DNA from: Haliotis rufescens
Lineage: Eukaryota
Direction: 5' to 3'
NCBI RefSeq assembly: GCF_023055435.1
Contig: NW_025963890.1
Coordinates: 34,472,001 to 34,536,000, forward strand
Length of the DNA: 64,000 bases
Positions 52,721-63,320 of the stretch are shown in pieces. The notes below the pieces were generated by a model, which saw only the letters and a program-made list of their open reading frames with translations, was not told the origin of the DNA and did no database searches. Each line of letters starts with the position of its first letter. The first letter of the stretch is position 1. The position numbers and the translations under genes were made by a program.

Positions 52721-54002
52721 GTTAATAACTACGCTACGCCAACTCACGTCTTCAAATTAATTGTTTGACAAAGAGAGTGAGTCAGTGAGTTAGATTAACG
52801 CCGCTTTAAACAGTATGCTTGTAACATTCAGCACGTGAGCTTAATGTGGAAGAAAATCCCGAAGTGATGTGAGTGTGTATGTGTGCGTGCGTGCGTGCGT
52901 GCTTGCGTGCGTGAGCGTGTGTGTCAAACGTGTGTCTATACTCGGAGGGACCTCATGTACAGTAACTGAGAGTACAGTGGGGTACAGAAATAGAAGGGCA
53001 CATTTCAGTATTCTTACTCTCAAAAATAGATTAGTCTAATGATGTTGAAGCACTGTCAGAATACTGAATTTTGCCTGGCACTTCACATTGCACCTCCAAA
53101 CTGAGGTCCACGGCTGACGTAAAAGAGCTCTCATAGAAAGTGTATGATTCTTTCAAGGCAGAATGTTATAGGTAGGCCATTTCATTCAATGTTTAAAGGA
53201 CGAGCAATGATAAGAAAAAAAATTCACCCCCTGGAAATTTCACATTTACGAACGAACATATTTCTTAAACGTTTTTCTTTACTTAAATGCAGCAGAATTT
53301 CGCCAAAACATGCAAAACAAGCAGCCATATATTTTTTAGTTTCAACAAAACCAGGAAGCGCATTACTACAGGATTTTGCTGTTACTTGTTTAGAGGCCGC
53401 CGTCAACGTCGGATGGCAGAAGTACTGCTGAGGCAATAAACAAACATTTACTTTTGTATGCAAGTTGTGTGTGCGGCTGGTGCTACCGGTAGAACAGGAT
53501 CCATTCATATTATTTTCACTGCTTTTTCGCCTCTTCCTTTCAACGGAATCTGTTTCGGCGGATGATCGAGACTGATTACTATTCGGCGTTGACTTTTTGT
53601 ATTTACAGTTATTCAAACATGTGCTTTGGAAAGAAGAAATACACAAATGTGGCTACAGATACAGAGAGGTCGGTGGGGCAAAACGTAGAGTGCTTTGCGA
53701 GCAAGCAGACATTTTCCAAATGAGAAACCATTAGCTTCACACAATAAATTAAAATGTGGATAAGGTTTCGAACCTGTATATGTGGAGGACACATGGCCCA
53801 ATGCTACCCATACAGCGAGCAATCAGTATGTACCAAAGGTGGGTTGTGGGAGTCCGGCAGAAAGCTACCTGTAGGTTGATCATTTGCCATTCAAGGTGTA
53901 ACGTGAGGGTTTCCTCCCTGGAAGTTCCCCCGTTTTCGGGGCAAAGGCAGCAGACAATAATGACTTTTACACAGAAAACAACTGCGCAATGTTCATAGAG
54001 AT

Positions 54003-54256
54003 GGTGAGGTGAGGTGAAATGGGGTTTAACGTCGCGTCCAAGATTATTGCACTTATATAGCGACGTGCATGCACGTGTGTGTGTTTTGTGTGGCTGCTTG
54101 TACTAGTCCGGACTGATGCCGATTTATAGTGCTAGCTCACTGAGATACCATGCCGCAGTTTAACATGAATACCCCACCCAGACACAGTATACTGACTCCG
54201 AGCCGACCAGTCCTTGTTTTAGCCCCTGAATGCCGAGCGCCAGACAGGGTAACAAT
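54003..54256 (-). mobile_element. SINE family D
   Basis: CTGAGATACCATGCCGCAG..ACACAGTATACTGACTCCGAGCCGACCAGTCC..ATGCCGAGCGCCAG; repeated at 55847 and 57835. Confidence 0.78.
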
Positions 54257-55846
54257 CATAGAGATGGCGCAGAAACAGTTTGTCACAGCCTTTTCCAAAA
54301 GGTCCATTGGACAGTTCATCATACCACAGCGTGCAGCACCCAGACACAAAGGTGCCAGTCTCAAATAACCAAAAAAGGCGATACAGTGTCAATAATAATC
54401 CAAGTACTCAACAAGACTAAAACTTGAATGTGTTGTATTGTCAAAGGAAATGCAGGTAGGTATAATACTACGTTCAAACTGAACAATTTAAATTTTTTGT
54501 TGTTAAACAATCACTTGGTCTGGTGAGTGTAGCAAACTGTCAGAGACAGTTGACGGGCCCGTGTTGAGGACGCATCAAGTAACGTAGAGCTGGCCTACAG
54601 GTCGATAGATGACCTCAAGTCAACGGCTTAACCTTTGGTCATTTATGTAGAATCAGACAGTAGTGATTCGGAGTATGAATTTAGTGACTCATGTTTTGAG
54701 ATGACCCCTTTTCATCCCAACTGTGCTACCAGTTGATGCGCTCCCCTTTGTGTAAAGACGTTTGACACAACTATGTAAATACAGTTTTTTTAACAGCCAT
54801 TTCCTACGGACATTTCCAACAATCAAATTTAAGATGTGAGTTGATGTGAGGTATTTATTAACTATTGTGATGTCACTATTCAAATGCCACTTCTACTTTC
54901 TGTCTAAAGTTATGAATTCATCCGCGTTCCTTTGCTACAAACGGAGTGAACATGTTTGTCACGTCCTAGAGTAATAGTTTCTCTTACACAAATAATCCAT
55001 CTCCGAGAACATTTTCAAGGAATTTACAACTGTGGCAGGTTGTTTGACTCAAATGTCTGAAAACCCTCTGTGGCGACTTTCTATTCAGGCTACGAAGGTT
55101 CTGTGAAGGCCCAACTCTCGAGGAGATGTAACGTATTACTTACTAGCCTTTTATCAAATCACGTCTATAATTAACATAATTGTCCAGAGCGATACGACAC
55201 GACGTCATGAAGGAACACGACGTATGGTTTGTTAATGACCAATAAAATGTCATGGGTCCTTTGCCTTACATATCTGTGCAATAGATCATATGCCGCTGTA
55301 CGAAGTGTACTGTCCTATAGCTAGTTACTTCAAGAGACCTTACGTCAGACGCTGGTAAACCACAATATATACTTGTATACTGCAGCGGCTCGTGTTTTGA
55401 ACAAGCTATAAATTTAAATTGAAGACTGGTGGGGTGAGGTGAAATGGGGTTCAACGGCGCGTTCAAGATTGTACATTTAAATACTCTATTGACAATAACT
55501 GACGTTGCATGGCCTGCAGTGAGAAAGCATTATGCGCTAGGGTCGAGTCCGTCGAGACCGTCGTCTACACACATCGTTGCTACCGCATTACATTCAGTAC
55601 ACAAACCTAACTTGATAGCATAGATAAAGGAGTACGACAAATATATATGGATCGATTATCTGGTTTCCTTGTAAATTTCATGTTTTGCTTTGATGACCTA
55701 GGGTTAGGAATCATCATGCTATTGAATTAGTTTCACCCTTATCTTGCAAAAAAGCAACTGCAACGGCTTGATTATACATCACGCAGACATCTTCTCTACA
55801 TGAGGAAGAAGATATGCAAAGTGCATGTATATATTCTATTAGCATT

Positions 55847-56120
55847 GAGGTGAAGTAAGGTGAAATGGGGTTAAACGTCGCGTTCAATATTATTGCCCTC
55901 ATCTAGCGACGTGCATGCACGTATATGTGTGTGAGTGTGTATGTATGTGCGTGGCTGCTTGCATTTGTACTAGTCTGTTGAGATACATGGCACAGTTTAA
56001 CATGAATACCCAACACAGTATACTGACTCCGATCCAACCAGTCCTTGTTTTGGCCCCTTAATGCCGAGCGCCAGTCAGGGTAACAACAAAAACATCTTTT
56101 GATGTCTTTTGTTATCACGG
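55847..56120 (-). mobile_element. SINE family D
   Basis: Colinear with 54003-54256, including the GGTGAAATGGGGTT.AACGTCGCGT tail. Confidence 0.78.
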
Positions 56121-57634
56121 AAGCGGTTATTATTATAATTTAGACATTTGATATTTTGTTAACTGTTATCTATGGTTAATACGTTATGCATTGAATTAAA
56201 TAGTCAATTGGGATTTATTTTTGATCATGTCTTCGTACCTTTGTTCCGATTACAACGATACTGATCTAACGGACGACCAAGTTGACATGTGACACGCGTC
56301 GGATAGATATTCAGGCAACGATACATGATTTAATCACGCGGCTATATATCCGTCCTGTCAACCCGGACGTTGTAGTGTAGACAGCTGATTACAGGTGATC
56401 CTGTTTCTCGGGGAGCCCACCCCACTTGGTTGTGTCACGTGTCACATCGGAGTATACGCAGTTATTATGCCTTATCTTGCCACCACAGTTGTAAACATTA
56501 ACATTGAGGGCATCCTGGAAAAACACAAATCGTTCACGGGAATTCCAAGAAAAAGTTCTAATGCATGGCATTATATGTTTTAAGGTCTTAAAATGCGTTG
56601 TTATATGTTTGATCAACGTGAACCTACTGTGGAACTTTTCTGCATTACAAACTGTAGACAATTTATTCAGTAAATTATATCAATTATATTGTCTTCTTTG
56701 AATTATGATGATGCTGGTGTTAGTCAGATGACGTGTGGAAGATGTGGATGTGCAGATACCAGCATTTGTACAGCATGGACGTGTGACATTATCAGGTTAT
56801 AAACCTTTTACAAGGCCTCCATCATATTCAGATTATATCTTGTTACAGTTTCTTTACCTTACTTAAAGCAGATTTGAATACCTTACAGTGCATGCCCATT
56901 CAAGACTACTCATCGTATTCAAAACACAGTCCCTCTCATTGTACTGTGTACAGTACATCCACGCTGATGGGCAGGATAGACAACTAGGACGTAGATAAAC
57001 GGCTGTGACGTACATAGCTGATGTAATCATCTATATATACCCCATACCGCTGCCTGTGTATACAGTACTGTTTTAGTAGTCAGGTGTCCACCAAGGCTGT
57101 CGGTTGTTGACTGCCCGCTTCATGTGAAGTCAGGTGAGGCCACCCTCGCTGTTCTGCAACCCAAGCTCGCTGCCGTGTTCTCCTGTTCGCTGCTGGCTGC
57201 TGCATGACTTGGGTTAAGAAGATTTAACTGCAAGTATATTCTTTCAGTTTTTGCACGAGCGTTGATGGCGACTTGTTTCTTATTAGAGACATTACATATA
57301 TTGTTATTAGTCTGGCCAACTATGCATCACTTATCATGACTTTAATGATAACTTTTTCTCTCTGTAAGTCGGGCCAACTCAAAATCAGAGTGACATCCCT
57401 TTGCCATCCCAGGATCTGATGGTCGTGAATCAGATGCTTTGTCTGTCAGCATTATGAACTCGGGGGTTTCTTACCTGAGATGAGAGTACAGATGGCCAAC
57501 TCGCCTTCTTGACGTTTCTTCATCTGCTAGCTTTGGACCGAAATTTGGTCATTACGTAAAAGTTTGCTCTCATATGTTGTTTTGGCTCGTTTGTCTAAAA
57601 TGATTGACCTGTCAACAACCTCTCCACCTTTAGT

Positions 57635-57770
57635 GTGTGAGTGAGTATAGTTTTACGCCGCTTTTAGCAATATTCCAGCAATATCACGGCGGTTGACACC
57701 GGAAAATTGGCTTCACACATTGTACCTATGTGGGGAATCGAACCCGTGACGAGCCAACGCTTTTAACCGC
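57635..57770 (-). mobile_element. SINE family B
   Basis: (GTGA)n-TATAGTTTTACGCCGCTTTTAGCAATATTCCAGC..GGGGAATCGAACCC. Confidence 0.82.
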
Positions 57771-57834
57771 TATGTCTTCTCCACCTTTAACGCCGCGTGT
57801 ACGTATCCGGACTAATGCAGACTTCAAAGTTCTA

Positions 57835-58042
57835 GTTAACTGAGATACCATGCCGCAGAATAGCAGAAGCTCGGACACAGTATACTCCGAGTCCAGTCCT
57901 CTGTTGAGCTCCTAAATACCGAGCGCCAGTCAGGGAACAACAAGTACCATCTTTCAATGTCTGTTGGTATGACGCGACGGGATCGAATCACCAACTTTCC
58001 GCTTTCCGGGCACACGCTCGATCTACTTGACCACGGAGGCGG
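57835..58042 (-). mobile_element. SINE family D with tRNA-like head
   Basis: Family D core plus GGGATCGAATCACC (rc B box) and TCTACTTGACCACGG (rc A box). Confidence 0.72.
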
Positions 58043-58316
58043 CACTTTCAGCTTTTGAGAAGAGGAAACGTGTTGTATTCGGGCGACAGAAAATATTATA
58101 ATTTTTTTATATCTCTCCAATTTGTAATTAAAATCTCCACAATTGACATTATATATGGAGCGTTGCATATATAGAATGATATCCCCTTGATATGTCTTAG
58201 TTTTAAGGCATTTATGACGTATCGCTACCCTTCCCTCGATATGATGATATTGTAATTACCCCGTGTTGTTTCAGAATCAAGGATACTGAGGGTTAACTGA
58301 AAGAGACACCACCACC

Positions 58317-60630
58317 ATGACACGGCTTCATCATATGCCACTAAAACATCTAGTAAGTAATAACAACCGTTTTAATGTCAAATATGCCAACGATGATTAT
58401 AAGCACCAATGCAGAGACCTGAGTGTTGTAGTGTATCAGTAATGCGTCTATGTTACAGTTACAGGTGATTCCTACACAGCTATATGAAATTGGTAAAAGA
58501 AATGCCTCAAGTCTTTGTTTCTTCCTAGTGTTTGATGCTGACCATGTACGCTGGACCAGCAACAGTCGCAGGTAATTATGTGTGTTATCATACTTCTTAG
58601 AAAATGAACTACTCTGGAAAAGTTTTAGTTCTAGCCTTCATACAGTGTTATAATACCACGTATATCTCAACAGTACTGATGGGCATGGGTGGCCATGTGG
58701 TCTGGGTTGTCGAACTTGGCTGCGCTGGACATGGCAGCGTCCCAGTCACCGTGTGAGGATCCGCTGATTGAGGTTTCGCATCTCTGGTTCTCATTGGTTA
58801 GCATCACCATGAGTTTCACCAAAGTGGAACATATGTTTTAAGTTTTGAACGTCCTACAATTAAGCTAACAAAGTAAACTAACATACACAATTATTTGTGC
58901 TGTTTATTTTGCTATCATTTTAACTGGCGCCACATTGCAAAGTTTGAACAATATATTATATCGTTCTGATTTATCCCATTTCATGGATACGGGGGTTTTT
59001 GAACTACACATGACCCAGTGTGCTCGACGGCAATATGACAACTGTGTGGATGGTTACCAGGTGGGGAGGGGTGGTGGGGAGAGACGTGTAACAGAACTGT
59101 GAAGTCAGAACATGTTATCAAGGCACCGGTAATTGCATTGGTAACTGTAAAGCGAGATGGCACGGCCAGCGTCGTAGGAAAATATGTTCACATATGTTCC
59201 TTAATAAAATTGGTGAAACTATGTAAATTAGCATGGTATTAATATAGTTCAAGATACCAAAAATAATTTGTGAATTGATCTTGATCTTACCATTACAGGT
59301 GCTTCCAAGATACACAGTCCCAACTGTGCGAGGTGGCATAGTGGTCAATGTGTGGAATGTTACTACAGGTGGTTTGGACCTCAGTGTGAGAGAAAGTGTG
59401 ACAGGAACTGCTGGACCACTGGGTGTTATAAGGGTACAGGAATCTGTGAACAGTGTGTGCCGGGTAGATACGGAAGACACTGTAACACAAGATGTCCTGA
59501 CAACTGTAGATCGGGTAGAGACGGGACTGTGAACTGTGATCGGGGTGGCGGGAGATGCCAGGAGGAGTGTAAGGAAGGTTGGTGGGGAGACACGTGTAGC
59601 AAGCGATGTAATAGTAACTGTGAGGGTGGAGCATGCCATCAAACATCAGGTCATTGTATCAGTGACTGCACACATGGCTGGCACGGACTGCTCTGTGACA
59701 AACGGTGTTCAGTTGGGTGTCGTGGAAACCGCTGCAGTTGTGTGACAGGGGTATGTACGCATGGGTGTGAGAAAGGCTGGTTAGGTGAAACATGTGAAGA
59801 GCAAGAACAGCGAAGAGAATGTAGTGCCACGTGTAAAACGCATGAGTGTGATACGAATGGGAGGTGTTTGAAAGGATGTATAAATGGATTCAGAGGCAGC
59901 TCCTGTAACGAAACATGTCCGGTGAATTGCCACATTTGTCAACAAGACACAACGTCATGCACGAGATGCGAACACGGATGGCAGGGACCTATCTGTACCA
60001 GCAGAACTATCACACATCATCATCATCGCCCGTCCAAAAAGGAACCGATATTCGACTCACTTGATTCCCCATCTGTACCAAAAGGTATGTGTATCAGAAC
60101 CAATAGTGAAGCAGCCAGTCTAATCAAAATGAATGTTTCGGTCCAACTGCTTAACAAATGGATCCATCAAATTATTGTACTTTAATGGACCATTGGACAT
60201 TGAAGTTGTTTAGCTGAGGAATATATCCTGGTTAGTTGAATTCAATATATTGATGATGTATGTTCCTGTAACATAGAAATGAAAACCAAAGACGAAGAAT
60301 AATGCCTTTGCTTGTTAATGTTTTGGTATCATTCTCTTCCTTTCAGGTAGGGCGAACAGCAGGAATAATGGCAACGTGTTGCTGGTCTTGGTAGCTGTGA
60401 TTATCAGTGCGATGGGTCACATTGATCTGTCATGTTATGCCTATGAAACAGTCCGAATACAAGGAACCGTACGATACATCTTACAAAAGTTACGGCTACA
60501 CGTAAAACGGTTGTGTGTGAAGATTGCACGCCATGAGTGTACACTAGTTCATGCGTTTGTAAATTGGCGGTTTCAAAGGCCGTCAATATCAGATTGTATG
60601 TCCAGTGGTACGGTAATATTCTCACCGTAG
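58317..60630 (+). CDS. G6: EGF-like-repeat surface protein with hydrophobic anchor and extended tail, ~382 aa; exons 58317-58352, 58529-58571, 59299-60084, 60347-60630
   Basis: Kozak-like ACCACCATG, MTRLHHMPLKHL|CLMLTMYAGPATVA|GASKIHSPNC, EGF repeats in ORF 59352..60185. The terminal exon is in frame with ORF 60376..60630 (VLLVLVAVIISAM...AFVNWRFQRPSISDC..*). Confidence 0.85.
58980..59190 (+). pseudogene. Decayed EGF-repeat pseudo-exon inside G6 intron 2
   Basis: Translates in pieces as EGWWGETCNRT / CEVRTCYQGTGNCIGNCKARWHGQRRRKICS, paralogous to G4 GWWGDTC..CEGGACHQTSGHCIGDCRAGWHGQSCHKRCS; frameshifted and missing cysteines. Confidence 0.8.
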
Positions 60631-61221
60631 TTTGTTCTCACATGATGCTTCAATATCACCTGCATCGAATGCAATCTTTTATGCTAACTGAAAACATGAT
60701 TGAATTTCTATCGTTAGATTTCTTAACTATTTACAACCCAAACATCGAGTTGGTCTCACATTTAAGAATGTGTCAAGGGAAAGTAACTCCAACATACTTC
60801 ACCGTCATAGTGACATTTGGTTTCATCATCTTTTACATTCTTCATACCATTACTTCGAGAACGTATCAACTCAAGCTCAAGTGTGTTGACCATAGAATAG
60901 AAACATAGGAACTGATTGGCCGTCAAAAGTGGTATTTCTTATGATGACAAATGTGCACCATGAACAAAGTAAAAATATTCATTTGTTTATTGTTTTCATT
61001 AGAACTACGTGTGGGAGAATGAGGATTCGCCTGATTGGTCTCCTGATTTGGCAACTGTTGTACAAAGAAATAATGTGCTGTCAAGCATTGAGAATCTGTT
61101 TAATCCTGGACACTGAAAGTCCAGATGTATATGATTTTAAATAAAAAGATATTTTTTTAAAACATGATGAAGTTGGTTTTATGCTGTCCTGGCTTGTACA
61201 TGTACAGATTCGATTACATGT

Positions 61222-61410
61222 GTCTGTCATCGTGTGCAGAGTTGCGCCCCTTAGGCGGGCCAGAAATCTATGTCGTGGGTTCGAATCGCCCTTGTCAGCA
61301 ACATGCTCGTGTTTGTGGGTTTCACCAATGTGGTAAATGTCTAAAGCCTGCATCAAATGGAACTCGCCTGATATGCCGTGATATAACTGATATACTGTTC
61401 AAAGCGGAGT
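61222..61410 (+). mobile_element. SINE family C (decayed)
   Basis: TGTGCAGAGTTGCGCCCCTT..GTGGGTTCGAATC..GGGTTTCACC..CCGTGATATAACTG..AAAGCGG matches the 22197 copy. Confidence 0.78.
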
Positions 61411-62310
61411 TAAAGTAAAATAACTCACTGACATGAATAACAACCATGGAAGGGAAAAACCAAGACATATTATTTGGAATGGAAGTGAAAACTGTGTGAT
61501 GTAAATACTTCATTTACTGTTGAATATTGTATCTGAATGTGATGGTTTAATACGTCCGCTAGATCTCATTCGTATAAGCACATACTACTTTTCAGTATCT
61601 TCCTTAATGTCCAGCTCGTTTAATTTTCTGTTAACCTGTTACTTGTATACCACTACTATGAACGTATCAGCAATTTCACATCGAAATTCACCCTTTTCAT
61701 TTAATTTAATCGACTTGATGTAGTAGTTATTGACTCAGTCATGCATGGTTTCCTTTACACACACACACCCTTCCCAATGTCCCAAGTGTGACACGTTTGA
61801 GCATGTGTAGACCTGTTTCTTTTGTATGTTCAATGTTCCATCAGTTAAAACATAAAGCGAGGGTGTCCTGTTAGAGGAGGTCCAGACTAACGAGATTCCG
61901 CTTTGTTGCATCCAGCTATGAAATTCTCGAAGTCTGATTCTGAAATTGATACTATTGATATTATTTTGGACGAAAGCAGTATAGGATTACTTCATTTATC
62001 ATTAATGGCTTTCGATAGCGCCTCGTGTCACGGAAATAAAATATTACTTAAAACTGAATTCCTACAGATATCCATTTAAACTCACCTCAATCGGTCATTG
62101 TATGGTATGAAACAAATATTGAACTATGTTGCCTTGTGAATGCATCCCATTGTGATGCTGACAGGGTTTATCAGTCTGTGATAGCCAACTATCTACATCT
62201 TCGAGAATCCTCCTCGATAGATATGTGACGCGATGCATTTAGCACTGCATACCTCCGTGTTAGATCTCCATGTTAACAGTGCAACCACGAACTGAATCAT
62301 TTATCATATA

Positions 62311-62484
62311 CAGTCGAACCTCGTTATATCGAACCTAGCGGATCCGTGTTGTAACTTTGTGATATCCGGACATTCGAGATAATGAGGCATGAACATTATA
62401 TAATAAAGTGGCCTGGACTGGAGAAGAGGTTTGAGATATTAGTACGTTCGAGATATCTTGGTTCGAGACAACAAGGCTCGACTG
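62311..62484. mobile_element. MITE of Tc1/pogo type (174 bp)
   Basis: TA-CAGTCGAACCTCGTTATATCGAACC ... GGTTCGAGACAACAAGGCTCGACTG-TA: imperfect ~25-bp TIRs and a TA target-site duplication. Confidence 0.85.
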
Positions 62485-63320
62485 TATATGTTGGTTGCTA
62501 ACATGGGGATCATGGAGGCATATACAAATGTATGTATATGTAACAAAAGAATTTGACTCTATGCCTGTCGGTACATGAGCTCTTAAAACAGCGACACATG
62601 ATCTTCACCCAACGTATAGGGGATGTTGTATATCAATACACTTCATCACGCTCTTAAGGAACGCAGAATAGCTTATAACATTACGTGAAACTACATAGTG
62701 TCATTAAATGCTGAAGTTGAGCACCGATAAATGTTAAATAAACAAGAGTTATTATTGCCGTAGTTGGAGATCACTTACCTGCAAAAAAGATAATTAATAT
62801 GACATATCTACCAGGTGTGTGGACCTGCGTTTGCACAATCCAACAGTCACAAAAGCAGTACTGTAAGGATCTCTTCAATGATTGTACTTACATGGTACCA
62901 CACTGATATACACATAAGTGAAATGAAGAACACATATGACTAAGATATGTCATTAAACACCTGCTCAATTTTTTTCATTTCATTCTACACACACACATAT
63001 TGCATGCACTAACGTATGCACATGCACATGTACCTACACATACCCATACAAACATACATGTACGAAGGTTCGATCCTACACTTTATATCGCAGACTAACC
63101 TAGGGAGTATGCAGCAGTGAGCCGATCTCCAAATATCCGAGGGATCAAACTCCACTACTTGCTGATTCAGCACTACAACCACCACAAATCCAGGTGAGGG
63201 GCTTGTGCATTTACAGGTGTGCACAAAGCGGAAAGTTAAACACACCTGAAAATCATGTTTCGTTTCAACTAAGATTTTGAAAAATTTTGCGCTTTGCAGG
63301 TCTGACATTTATTGAACTAA

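Noticed and set aside
53144-53998. Cluster of 60-140 aa ORFs as a gene
   Set aside because: No recognisable domain or consistent splice structure; probably a decayed repeat.
38450-59935. Minus-strand and alternative-frame ORFs over the EGF exons (e.g. 38450..38866, 50045..50503, 59118..59642)
   Set aside because: Shadow ORFs of Cys/Gly-rich coding exons; their mutual similarity simply mirrors the paralogous + strand genes.
5423-60630. Assigning gene symbols MEGF10, MEGF11 or SCARF1
   Set aside because: Only the generic repeat pattern matches. No EMI domain or NPxY motif was seen, the proteins are much shorter, and orthology cannot be established by eye.
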